Translations under genes and position numbers: made by a program | Origin: Candidatus Aminicenantes bacterium | GTDB lineage: Bacteria > Acidobacteriota > Aminicenantia > Aminicenantales > Aminicenantaceae | NCBI GenBank assembly: GCA_030671065.1 | Contig: DAOVAM010000002.1 | Span: 1 to 38,477 of the forward strand | DNA length: 38,477 nt | Reading direction: 5' to 3' | The notes under the pieces: model-generated | What the model was told of the DNA's origin: nothing | Databases searched by the model: none | The model's input: only the letters and a program-made list of their open reading frames with translations | In this document: positions 8,429 through 20,730 of the stretch, in pieces | Layout of the letters: each line of letters begins with the position of its first letter | How positions within the stretch are numbered: position 1 is the first letter of the stretch

Positions 8429-9266
8429 ATTTGCTGACAGTCCTTTTGAGGGCTTCAAGTATGATTTCTGGTTTATCATCTCTTTTGTAGGGCCATTTTT
8501 TGCGGATTTCGCGGACTTCATTCATATCGATCTCGTAAAGGAGGAAATCTTGGTCGATGTATTTGGCCCTGGCTATCATTTCTCCCGCGGGATTGAAAAT
8601 GAATGAACCGCCCGCAAAGTGTTTTCCATCCTCAAACCCTACCCTGTTGCAGTAAACCAGGAACACGGTGGAGAAGCGGGAGATGGCTTCTCCCATTATT
8701 TCCCACATTTGACTCGTTTCGTAGGCCTCTGCCTGAGCTGTCCCTCGGCCAGGAGCTGCACTCAGCACGATAATGATTTCTGCTCCGCCTGCGAAAAGCA
8801 GATAACTGGCGCCATAACTGAGGAAGTCCCTGCAGATCATCATCCCTGCCTTTCCAAAAGGTGTGGGAAAAGTGTGGAAATTTTTGCCCTGCGCATAAAA
8901 CCTCGCTTCATCGAACATCCCGAAAGTGGGAAGAAAGACTTTTCTGTGAACGTGGAGAATTTTGCCCCCAGATAAAAAAGCGGCGGAGTTGTAAAAAAGA
9001 CCTTTATCCATTTCCTCTACGAATCCCACAACAAGCGAGAGTTCCTGGCTTTCCGCTTTGAGCTTCTTGAAGATTGGATCTTTTTCAGGAATCAGAGAGA
9101 CTTCGCTTACCATATCCATAAGGGTGTAACCAGTGAGACTGAGCTCAGGAAAAATCAGGAGGTCAGCATTTTTCTTTTTTGCTTTTTCAATGGTTTGGAG
9201 ATGGATATCAAGGTTTTTTTTCAAGCTGCCTAGATGGGGAGAAATCTGCGCCAGAGCGACTTTCAT
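8418..9266 (-). CDS. Carbon-nitrogen hydrolase (nitrilase superfamily), probable glutaminase partner of NadE
   Basis: Glu-Lys-Cys triad contexts FPELSLTGY, HRKVFLP and GMMICRDF. MKVALAQ at 9266 is the family-typical start. The ORF is open to ATG 9323. Confidence 0.8.
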   Translation of the reverse strand: MKVALAQISPHLGSLKKNLDIHLQTIEKAKKKNADLLIFPELSLTGYTLMDMVSEVSLIPEKDPIFKKLKAESQELSLVVGFVEEMDKGLFYNSAAFLSGGKILHVHRKVFLPTFGMFDEARFYAQGKNFHTFPTPFGKAGMMICRDFLSYGASYLLFAGGAEIIIVLSAAPGRGTAQAEAYETSQMWEIMGEAISRFSTVFLVYCNRVGFEDGKHFAGGSFIFNPAGEMIARAKYIDQDFLLYEIDMNEVREIRKKWPYKRDDKPEIILEALKRTVSKYED

Positions 9267-9417
9267 GGTGGAAAAGTTACCACAATTTCCTCTGATTTTC
9301 AAATAGTGGGATCGTTCCTGCATAAGGAATGAGATTGTTTAATCTTGAAGGGAAAAAATCCTCAGATTTGGCTTTGCATTTTGATGTCATTTTGTATAAT
9401 ATTATTATCAATTTAAA

Positions 9418-13001
<3,584 letters not shown>

Positions 13002-13084
13002 CTATAAAATATGATGTTAGGCAGGTCTTTTCCAGGGTGCATCTCTGTGGATATTATAATAGAAATGTGAAAAGTTCAATTGAC

Positions 13085-13111
13085 AAAAAAGGGGCCTGGC
13101 CCCTTTTTTTT
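13085..13111 (-). terminator. Rho-independent terminator after the TPR-protein gene
   Basis: GGGGCC-t-GGCCCC hairpin flanked by an A-run and a T-run (aaaaaaggggcctggcccctttttttt), 20 nt downstream of the stop at 13131. The symmetric flanks allow it to work in both directions. Confidence 0.65.
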
Positions 13112-13130
13112 GTCTTTTTTTCGGTGGGTG

Positions 13131-14321
13131 TTATCTGATTCCAAGTCTTCTTTTGGCTTCGTCTATGAGTTTATTGAATTTACTTAAGGTGGCTTTTTGT
13201 TTTGCGACAAGTCCTTCAATGGCTTTTTGTTCGGCTTCGATATCCCTTTCCATAATCCCCATCATCCTTTTATCTGTATCGGATAACTCATCATCTTTTT
13301 TGTTCTCGAATCTCTCAAGGTAGTCTTTGGTGAGATCTTCGAGCTCTTTATTTTTTTTCAGGATTTCTTTGACTGTTTCATTGTATTTGAGATCTTTGTT
13401 GTACGTGAAGAAGAGGGATTCAGCGAGCTGCATGGCTTTTTTCGAATTGGAAGGAGAAAGGAGGCTGGCCTCGAGCAAATAATTGATGGCTTCAGGAGAG
13501 ACAGTAGGCTCTCTTTCGGATTTTCCAGCTAAGATAATTCCGACATTGAATGCGACATCTCCAGTTTTCTGCTGGGCATAAGCTTGTTTATAGTATCTCA
13601 GAGCGTCGTCCTTTTTCCCGTTCCGATGAAGAGTTTTCGCATACAGGAAGACGCTGGGATAATCCTTTAAAGCTGTGGCAGCAACCTGGAAGGCTTTTTC
13701 TGCATCTTTATAGAATTTATAATCGTAAAGAGTTTTTCCGACTTTTTTCAGGTCGGTCACGATCTGAGGGTCTTTTAAGATATTATAGGAATTTAAATAA
13801 GAGTCTAATGCACCTCTTGGGTCCCTTCCCTTGTCAAGAGCCTTCCCGTGTGTGTAATAACCGATTCCCATAAAATAATTCCACTGATCTGGAGTTGCGC
13901 CGGATCCTTTTTTATCTTTATTGGTTCTAGCGAGTTGGATGACCTTTTGAGAGTAGCTTTTCGCTTTTTCTAGATTCTGGCCACGCTGGCTGAGTATTGA
14001 AGCAGTGCTCATTAAAACCCTGCATTGAGTGAAATCATCCAGTTCTCCGAGTGCCAGAGCCTTTTCACCGTATTCAACGAGTTCTTCGGCAGTTTTTCCG
14101 GGGTAGTTAACCATACAGAGTTCAGCATAAGCATAATTTTCGTATTGGCGTCCTTTCCCTGCGTTATTTTTTAACCATTCTTTGAGGAGTTTGGCTTTCT
14201 GGGCAGGATCTGGAGTGGACATCGCTTTGATGTAGTCTTGATTAGTATCGCTGGTTTGAGCATGTAAAGTGACAAAAACAAAAAGAATGAGGATTATTGT
14301 TGTCAAAGCTGTTTTTCTCAT
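13131..14321 (-). CDS. Secreted TPR-like repeat protein with C-terminal coiled coil (hypothetical)
   Basis: Signal peptide MRKTALTTIILILFVFVTLHA, preceded by a GAGAGG Shine-Dalgarno 8 nt upstream of ATG 14321 (the ORF is open to 14348). Helical-repeat composition throughout. No specific family recognised. Confidence 0.7.
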   Translation of the reverse strand: MRKTALTTIILILFVFVTLHAQTSDTNQDYIKAMSTPDPAQKAKLLKEWLKNNAGKGRQYENYAYAELCMVNYPGKTAEELVEYGEKALALGELDDFTQCRVLMSTASILSQRGQNLEKAKSYSQKVIQLARTNKDKKGSGATPDQWNYFMGIGYYTHGKALDKGRDPRGALDSYLNSYNILKDPQIVTDLKKVGKTLYDYKFYKDAEKAFQVAATALKDYPSVFLYAKTLHRNGKKDDALRYYKQAYAQQKTGDVAFNVGIILAGKSEREPTVSPEAINYLLEASLLSPSNSKKAMQLAESLFFTYNKDLKYNETVKEILKKNKELEDLTKDYLERFENKKDDELSDTDKRMMGIMERDIEAEQKAIEGLVAKQKATLSKFNKLIDEAKRRLGIR

Positions 14322-14506
14322 TTTTTTAACCTCTCTAAAAAAATGCATGATAGCTTGTGCGAGTTAAAATATCAATTCTTCCGATTTTGGTAAAATTACG
14401 TATGTTTTCAATTAATATAATAGCAAAATCTGTGCCAAATTGAAAGAGCCCTAACCCCAATGGACACAATGGACATTTGGAAGGCCGTGATATAAAATAT
14501 CCTCAA

Positions 14507-15454
14507 ATGGGCCGAAAGAAGGAAGATTTTCCTGAATATTTTTTAAAAAATGTCAAGAAACCTGTGATGACATCTGTTTCTCTTCGTGACTATTCCAACT
14601 TCAAAATCGGTGGGAATGCGGACTATTTCTTCGAAGCCAATTCCGTGCACGAGCTGGTGACCGCAGTCCTCTGCGCACGGGAAGTGTCAATCCCGCTCTA
14701 TATCATCGGAGGAGGATACAACCTCCTTTTTGATGACAATGGATTTCGTGGGCTGATCATAAAAAATGCTGTGAAGGGAATCAGCAGAAGAGAAAATAGT
14801 CCGGAAGTGAATGCATTTGTAGGCACTCCTTTGGAGGATCTGCTCCGCTTCTCCGTCGAGCAAGCCTTGAGCGGACTTGAGTTCATAGCAGGAATTCCTG
14901 GAACGATTGGAGGGGCTGTATTCGGGAACGCGGGAGCTTTCAAGCAGAGCATCGGAGAATTTGTAAAAGAAGGTCTGCTGCTCGACCAAAGCGGAGAGCA
15001 GGTTCAGGTAGGGAGGGATTATTTTGAATTCAGGTATCGTCACAGTATCCTCAAGAAAAAACATGAGTTGCTTTTGAAGGTTGTTTTTGAACTTCATGAT
15101 GGAGATAAAGAATCCATACAAAAGCTCATTGAAGAAAACTTGGAGACACGAAAGGAAAAACATCCTCATCATGATCTGCTGTGTGCCGGGAGCTATTTTA
15201 AAAATCCTGTCCTTCCAGACGGGAGAATAGTTCCTGCTGCCCATTTCTTGGAGAAAGTTGGAGCAAAGACGATGAAAGTCGGAGGAGCCGCTGTGTATTC
15301 CGGCCATTCGAATTTTATCATTAACCAGGAGAACGCCTTGGCAAAAGATGTTTTTCGTCTGGCCCAGGAATTGAAGCAGCGGGTGAAAGAGAGATTCGAT
15401 GTCGAGCTTGAGGAAGAAGTTATTTTCCTTCCAGCAAGTCCCTCAACGCCTTGA
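14507..15454 (+). CDS. murB: UDP-N-acetylenolpyruvoylglucosamine reductase
   Basis: The FAD-binding N-domain motif YSNFKIGGNADYF, IIGGGYNLL and the C-terminal MurB domain. The ORF is open from TTG 14477, the first ATG is at 14507, and the true start is uncertain. Confidence 0.88.
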   Translation: MGRKKEDFPEYFLKNVKKPVMTSVSLRDYSNFKIGGNADYFFEANSVHELVTAVLCAREVSIPLYIIGGGYNLLFDDNGFRGLIIKNAVKGISRRENSPEVNAFVGTPLEDLLRFSVEQALSGLEFIAGIPGTIGGAVFGNAGAFKQSIGEFVKEGLLLDQSGEQVQVGRDYFEFRYRHSILKKKHELLLKVVFELHDGDKESIQKLIEENLETRKEKHPHHDLLCAGSYFKNPVLPDGRIVPAAHFLEKVGAKTMKVGGAAVYSGHSNFIINQENALAKDVFRLAQELKQRVKERFDVELEEEVIFLPASPSTP

Positions 15455-16289
15455 TTTTTTGTGCGCTCAGTTTTTTTTCTTTTTTTACCATTTCCAGAGC
15501 CTGAAGCGCCAGCTGTGTGTATGTTTCATGATAAAGGGGGGATTTTCTTAGGGCTTCAAGATGCCTTTCTATGGATTCCCTGTCCCCTCTCATCACAGGG
15601 CCGGTCAGAGAGGATCGGGTGTTAAATTTTTTTACATTGTGTAAAGTCCCTTTCGCCAGAGGGAGAAGGATTTGAAAGGCCTGTTCCTCCTGAAGACCCA
15701 CTTGATGGAGCAGGGAAGATGCCATGTCCAACAGCACAACGAGAAAGTTAGATGCTATACTGCAGGCCATATGATAAAGAGCTTTATTTTCAGCTTTGAT
15801 GATAAAAGAGCGACCGCCGAGTTTTGTGATGATCTTTTGAGATGTTTTAAGAGCCTTTTTTTCTCCTTCAACACCAAAATAAATATTCTCGAACTGTTCC
15901 GGAGGGGTTCTCTTGTCCGCGAAAGACTGGATGGGATGAATAGAAGCGGTCAAGGCTCCCTTGACTTTTAAGGGATCCAATATTTCTGAGGAGAGGAGGC
16001 CGGAGCAGTGAAAAACAAATTTATCTGCCCAGCGAATGTCTGCTCCATCCAGTTCCTTGATAACTTTTGAGATTTCTTCATCCGGCAAACACAGAAAAAC
16101 GATATCTCCAGCTCTTGCTGTCTGGATATTATCAGCAGAGGCCTTTCCTCCTCCTATGACTTTCCTGCTCTCTTCTGCAGACCGAGATGTCCTGCACGAG
16201 AGAGCTTTTATCCTGAAGCCTTTTTTTGAAAGCGCAGCGCCCAGTGCTGTACCGAGACGTCCTGCTCCGATTATTGAGATCCCGGTCAT
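15420..16289 (-). CDS. Rossmann-fold / DUF2520-type putative oxidoreductase
   Basis: N-terminal ISIIGAGRLGTALGAAL dinucleotide-binding motif. 289 aa. The architecture resembles Rossmann-like plus DUF2520 proteins (from recall). Its 3' end overlaps the 3' end of murB by 35 nt (convergent). Confidence 0.65.
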   Translation of the reverse strand: MTGISIIGAGRLGTALGAALSKKGFRIKALSCRTSRSAEESRKVIGGGKASADNIQTARAGDIVFLCLPDEEISKVIKELDGADIRWADKFVFHCSGLLSSEILDPLKVKGALTASIHPIQSFADKRTPPEQFENIYFGVEGEKKALKTSQKIITKLGGRSFIIKAENKALYHMACSIASNFLVVLLDMASSLLHQVGLQEEQAFQILLPLAKGTLHNVKKFNTRSSLTGPVMRGDRESIERHLEALRKSPLYHETYTQLALQALEMVKKEKKLSAQKIKALRDLLEGK

Positions 16290-16765
16290 TTTTTATCCTT
16301 AAAGATTTTGAGCCATTGATCTATCTCAAACGAGGACGGAGAAGGAACATTTTTCTCGTCTGCTCGAGATTCTCTGAGTTCTTTCAGGACAAGTTTGAGT
16401 TCGCGTTCGAACTCTTCACATGTCAAAGGTCTCGCCCCTTTACGCTTGGTAAAATTTTTTATCTCGCGATCAGAACTGACCACATAAAATCTTCTTATAT
16501 CTGTCTGCTGGGAAATGATTTTTTTAATGACTTCGTCGGCATTCTGGTCGAAAAATGGGAAAAGGACTGAAAATTTTTTCCCCCGATACTTTTCACCGGA
16601 TAAATCCGGGTCCGGGTTTCCATCAAAAACCACAATAACCCGTGTGTTTTTCTGGCGTTGGAACCTTTGAAGTTTTGAAATTAGACGGTATTTGCTCTGA
16701 GGATCTCTCAAGTCTGCAGGAGAGGAATGTCCTATGAAGTTGTTGCCGTCGATCAAATAAGCCAC
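16286..16765 (-). CDS. NYN-domain (YacP/Rae1-like) putative ribonuclease
   Basis: MAYLIDGNNFIG...VIVVFDG...VVSSD pattern of YacP-like NYN domains. It has a 4-nt ATGA overlap with the downstream gene. Confidence 0.65.
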   Translation of the reverse strand: MAYLIDGNNFIGHSSPADLRDPQSKYRLISKLQRFQRQKNTRVIVVFDGNPDPDLSGEKYRGKKFSVLFPFFDQNADEVIKKIISQQTDIRRFYVVSSDREIKNFTKRKGARPLTCEEFERELKLVLKELRESRADEKNVPSPSSFEIDQWLKIFKDKK

Positions 16766-16806
16766 TGGATAAAATGCGAATCAGCAAGACAGCCAGTTCC
16801 AGGCTG

Positions 16807-17460
16807 CTAAAGTGTGTAGGATTCTCCAGGGTTGAGAATGATGACTTCTGCCTTGCCTCCGACTCTTTTCTTGAACTCTTCCGGGTCTGCCCTGACGATA
16901 GGAAACGTGTTGTAATGGATAGGAATGACTTTTTTAGATTCGATAAACTCCACTGCCTTAGCGGCAGAAGGAATACCCATTGTGTACCTGTCACCGATAG
17001 GGATAAAACTGAGGTCAGGCTTAAAGAATTCGCCGATGAGTTTCATATCATAGGTTAAACCGGTGTCGCCGGCATGATAGATCGTCATGCCGTCCATTTC
17101 GATGACGACTCCTGCGGGATCGCCTTTTTCAGCAGAGTGAAGAGCCTGCACCATATGAACTTTCACTCCCTTTGCTTCAATGGTTCCTCCGATGTTCATA
17201 CCTTCTGTGGTTATCCCTTCTGCTTCAGCATCTACGGATATCTCGTGAATGCCGACGCAAGTTGCGCCTGTTTTTTTACAGATGGTGAATGCATCCCCGA
17301 GATGGTCACCATGATAATGGGTGACGATGACGACATCTGCCTCATTGATTTCATCAGGCGTTATCGAGGCCGCGGGATTTCCTGTCAGAAAGGGATCGAT
17401 GTATACAGTTTTTGAGCCCTTGAGTTTTATTCCTGAATGTCCTAACCAGGTGATTTCCAT
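16807..17460 (-). CDS. UPF0173-type metallo-beta-lactamase-fold hydrolase
   Basis: MEITWLGHSGIKLKG...VIVTHYHGDH (HxHxDH-type metal motif). 217 aa. Confidence 0.75.
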   Translation of the reverse strand: MEITWLGHSGIKLKGSKTVYIDPFLTGNPAASITPDEINEADVVIVTHYHGDHLGDAFTICKKTGATCVGIHEISVDAEAEGITTEGMNIGGTIEAKGVKVHMVQALHSAEKGDPAGVVIEMDGMTIYHAGDTGLTYDMKLIGEFFKPDLSFIPIGDRYTMGIPSAAKAVEFIESKKVIPIHYNTFPIVRADPEEFKKRVGGKAEVIILNPGESYTL

Positions 17461-17512
17461 TGTCTAACCTCCTTCAAAATTATTTTTTCGGAGTTGTTTT
17501 ATTATTTCTTAT

Positions 17513-17857
17513 CTATCCGGGAGGCCAAGTCATCTGCCTCCCACCTAAAAGATGGAAATGGATGTGGAGAACGTCCTGTCCGGATTCCCGAGCTGTGTTC
17601 AGGACAATCCTGTATCCTCTTCCGGCAATTCCCTTTTCTTGAGCAATTTCACGCGCTTTGATAAGAAGATGACTCAAAACATCTTTTTTTTCTTCAGGGA
17701 TTTCATTCAAAGAGGGGAAGTGCTCTTTGGGAATAAGGAGAACATGAACTGGAGCTTGCGGATTGATGTCATCAAAAGCGATCATTCGCTCGTCTTCATA
17801 AATTACACTTGCCGGAAGGTCTTTATTGATGATTTTACAGAAAATACATTCTTCCAT
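17513..17857 (-). CDS. HIT-family (histidine triad) nucleotide hydrolase
   Basis: CIFCKI N-terminal motif and the histidine triad HIHFHLLGG. 114 aa. Confidence 0.88.
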   Translation of the reverse strand: MEECIFCKIINKDLPASVIYEDERMIAFDDINPQAPVHVLLIPKEHFPSLNEIPEEKKDVLSHLLIKAREIAQEKGIAGRGYRIVLNTARESGQDVLHIHFHLLGGRQMTWPPG

Positions 17858-17881
17858 TTTCGAGCCTCTACTCTTGCTTCT

Positions 17882-19144
17882 TTATTCTTTTATTCTCTCG
17901 ATTTTTGCTCCGAGAGATTTGAGCTTACTTTCGAGCTTCTCGTATCCTCTATCCAGATGCTCGACTTCGGTAACAATGGTTTCTCCGTTGGCGATCAAGC
18001 CCGCGAGAACGAGGGAGGCTGAGGCCCTCAGATCCGAAGCGATGGTTTCCGCTCCGGAAAGGGGAGTCTTTCCTTTAACAATGGCTTTATCTCCGGAGAC
18101 TTCGATATTGGCTCCGAGGCGGAGCAGTTCATTGATATGAGAAAAACGTCTGTCAAAGATGGTTTCGGTGATGATGGATGTTCCCGAGGCTTGCGTCATC
18201 ATGACTATAAATTGAGCCTGCATATCAGTTGGAAATCCTGGGTAGGGAGAAGTGGTGATGTCTTGAGGTCGGATCTCTTCGCTTCCGACAACGCGGAGGG
18301 AATGGTTATTGAGCTTTTCGATTTGTGTTCCAGAATATTTCAGTTTTTCTATCACTGTGTCGAGCTGATCTGGTTTGATATTTGTCAGAACGATGTTCCC
18401 TCGAGTGAGGGCGCTGGCGACTAGAAAAGTCCCTGCTTCAATTCGGTCGGGAATAATCTCATGTGTTGCTCCGCCGAGCTCTCTGACTCCCTTTATGCGA
18501 ATGGTCTCTTCGCCGATTCCATCAATCTTTGCTCCCATTTTGATTAAAAGATCACAGAGGTTGGAAATTTCAGGTTCCCTGGCACAGTTCTTCAGTACAG
18601 TTTCTCCAAGAGCCAGGCAAGCAGCCATAATCAGGTTTTCTGTTCCTCCAACTGTCTTTTTCTCAAATTCAATTTCAGCTCCATGAAGCTTATTGGCCTC
18701 TGCTTGAATATAACCGTGTTCAAGACTTATTCTAGCTCCCAGTTTTTCCAGGCCGTGGATGTGAAGATCTATGGGGCGGGAACCGATTGCACAGCCACCG
18801 GGCAAAGCGACTATGGCTTTTCCGTAGCGTGCCAGGAGAGGGCCTAGGACTAATATGGATGCCCTCATGGCCTGAACCAGATCATAGGAGGCTTGTTCAG
18901 ATTGAATTTTTTTAACCTGAATGGATAAAGAATTCTTCTTTATGTTGTAATTGGCTCCCAGCTCTTTCATCAGTGTAAGAATCGTATGCACATCCTCCAC
19001 AAGAGGAATGTTTTTCAGGCGGATTTTGTCTTTTGTGAGAAGAGATGCCGTGATAGCAGGGAGGACTGCATTTTTAGCTCCGCTGATTCGGACTTTCCCC
19101 TTGAGTCGGAGATTTTGGTTTCCGTGGATTCGGATCTTTTCCAT
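17882..19144 (-). CDS. murA: UDP-N-acetylglucosamine 1-carboxyvinyltransferase
   Basis: ISGAKNAVLP N-terminal motif and the active-site Cys context LPGGCAIGSRPIDLH. 420 aa. Confidence 0.95.
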   Translation of the reverse strand: MEKIRIHGNQNLRLKGKVRISGAKNAVLPAITASLLTKDKIRLKNIPLVEDVHTILTLMKELGANYNIKKNSLSIQVKKIQSEQASYDLVQAMRASILVLGPLLARYGKAIVALPGGCAIGSRPIDLHIHGLEKLGARISLEHGYIQAEANKLHGAEIEFEKKTVGGTENLIMAACLALGETVLKNCAREPEISNLCDLLIKMGAKIDGIGEETIRIKGVRELGGATHEIIPDRIEAGTFLVASALTRGNIVLTNIKPDQLDTVIEKLKYSGTQIEKLNNHSLRVVGSEEIRPQDITTSPYPGFPTDMQAQFIVMMTQASGTSIITETIFDRRFSHINELLRLGANIEVSGDKAIVKGKTPLSGAETIASDLRASASLVLAGLIANGETIVTEVEHLDRGYEKLESKLKSLGAKIERIKE

Positions 19145-19176
19145 GCGCTACCATTCTAGAATAACGCCATTCAAAA

Positions 19177-19219
19177 TTCAACATCCAACAATGGGGTCAA
19201 CTTTTTGTTGGATGTTGAA
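19177..19219. promoter_or_regulatory. Perfect 15-bp-arm palindrome in the murA / aldehyde-dehydrogenase divergent region
   Basis: ttcaacatccaacaa (19177..19191), a 13-nt spacer, then ttgttggatgttgaa (19205..19219), the exact reverse complement. The right arm overlaps the candidate -35 element of the aldehyde dehydrogenase promoter. Confidence 0.7.
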
Positions 19220-19243
19220 ATAAAGATATGTTTGCACTAAGAT
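19215..19243 (+). promoter_or_regulatory. Candidate promoter for the aldehyde dehydrogenase / sugar ABC operon
   Basis: TTGAAA (19215..19220), a 17-nt spacer, then TAAGAT (19238..19243). A GGAGGT Shine-Dalgarno precedes ATG 19302. Confidence 0.4.
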
Positions 19244-19301
19244 AGAGCGGGCTGAAAATGGCAGGTCATGATCCACCCTTTATTTAAACGGAGGTGATCA
19301 G

Positions 19302-20714
19302 ATGAAAATGCTTATCGGAGAGAAATGGGTTGATAAAGACGAAAAAATTGATGTTTGTAACCCTTACAATGACGAACTCATCGACACCGTTCCTGCAGGG
19401 GATGTGGCTGATGTTGAAGCGGCTTTTCAAGCAGCAGAGGAAGGATTTGAAATCAACCGCAGACTTCCTGTTCATCAGCGCATATCCATCCTTTACAAGA
19501 CAGCAGAGATCCTGAAGAGCCGCCAGGAAGACTTTGCGAAAACGATCGCATCCGAAGGAAGCAAGACCATCAAGGAAGCCAGAAAAGAGGCCAGCCGCTG
19601 TATCGATACGATCATGATCTCTGCGGAGGAGGCACGAAGGATTGTGGGAGAGACTATTCCTTTTGACAGCCGTGAAGGTTCGGAGAACAGGCTGGGGTAT
19701 TATTACCGCTTTCCCATAGGGATCATAGTTGCCATTACGCCGTTCAATGATCCATTGAACCTCGTGGCTCATAAAGTCGGGCCAGCCATTGCCGGAGGAA
19801 ATTCTGTAGTACTCAAGCCTGCAACTGTCACGCCCCTTTCTGCTTTGAAACTTGGAGAGGCTTTTATAGAAGCTGGCCTTCCCTGGAAAATTTTGAACAT
19901 TGTGACCGGCAAGGCTTCAAAGATTGGAGATGCCCTGGTGACCGATCCCCGGGGACGGATGATCTCCTTTACTGGCGGGACCGAAGCTGGCCTGGATATC
20001 ACCAAAAAAGCGGGTTTGAAGAAGATAGGCATGGAGCTGGGCTCTAACTCTCCAGTGATCGTCATGGATGATGCGGACCTTGCGCAAGCTGCGGAGCTTT
20101 CTGTGTCTGGAGCCTTCTGGGCTGTTGGACAGAACTGTATAGGTGTGCAGCGGATTTACATTCATGAGGCAGTGTATGATGAATTCGAGAAGATGTTCGT
20201 GGCGCACACCAAAAAAATTAAGGTGGGCTATCAACTGGATGAGGACACAGATATGGGACCCATGATCACCGAAGAGGAGGCTGCCCGAGTTGAAGAATGG
20301 GTGAAAGAGGCCTGCGGATCCGGAGCAGAGCTTTTGACCGGAGGCCAGCGTGAGGGAACTCATTTTGAGCCGACAGTGTTCAGGAACATGCCAGATGCGG
20401 CCAAGCTGAACTGCGAGGAAGTTTTTGGGCCGGTTGTCAACCTGTATAAAGTGTCTTCATTGGATGAAGCGATCAAGCTTTCCAATAGCGTTAGATATGG
20501 ATTGCATGGAGCCATTTTCACGCGCTCCCTAGAGAATGCTTTTAAGGCCATTAAAGAGCTCGACGTTGGAGGAGTGATGGTTAATGACTCCACAGATTAC
20601 CGCATCGACATGATGCCCTTTGGCGGTGTGAAATGGAGCGGTCTCGGCCGAGAGGGGATCAAATTCGCTCTCCAGGAAATGACGGAACCCAAGCTTGTCT
20701 GCTTTAATCTGTAA
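19302..20714 (+). CDS. NAD(P)-dependent aldehyde dehydrogenase
   Basis: Catalytic Cys context GQNCIGVQR, the general-base Glu in MELGSNSP (a variant of ELGGKSP), and the cofactor motif FTGGTEAG. 470 aa. The substrate cannot be called from the sequence. Confidence 0.88.
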   Translation: MKMLIGEKWVDKDEKIDVCNPYNDELIDTVPAGDVADVEAAFQAAEEGFEINRRLPVHQRISILYKTAEILKSRQEDFAKTIASEGSKTIKEARKEASRCIDTIMISAEEARRIVGETIPFDSREGSENRLGYYYRFPIGIIVAITPFNDPLNLVAHKVGPAIAGGNSVVLKPATVTPLSALKLGEAFIEAGLPWKILNIVTGKASKIGDALVTDPRGRMISFTGGTEAGLDITKKAGLKKIGMELGSNSPVIVMDDADLAQAAELSVSGAFWAVGQNCIGVQRIYIHEAVYDEFEKMFVAHTKKIKVGYQLDEDTDMGPMITEEEAARVEEWVKEACGSGAELLTGGQREGTHFEPTVFRNMPDAAKLNCEEVFGPVVNLYKVSSLDEAIKLSNSVRYGLHGAIFTRSLENAFKAIKELDVGGVMVNDSTDYRIDMMPFGGVKWSGLGREGIKFALQEMTEPKLVCFNL

Positions 20715-20730
20715 ATAGAGTGTTGGGGAT

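Noticed and set aside
8429-8521. An upstream extension of the nadE ORF (MKSAKSAKNGPTKEMINQKSYLKPSKGLSAN...).
   Set aside because: It would overlap the CN-hydrolase gene by 104 nt with low-complexity sequence. The family-typical N-terminus begins at the ATG at 8428.
14421-14433. A 13-mer, tagcaaaatctgt, upstream of murB that is identical to part of the 73-bp module.
   Set aside because: A 13-nt match is within chance expectation for an AT-rich 38-kb window searched on both strands, and the flanking sequence does not align.
15420-15454. A 35-nt convergent overlap of the murB and DUF2520 gene 3' ends, and the 5-nt gap between the convergent permease and MetY-like genes (24243..24247). Neither has a terminator.
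   Set aside because: This is common in compact genomes, and no hairpin or other signal is visible. It is worth noting only as evidence of tight packing.
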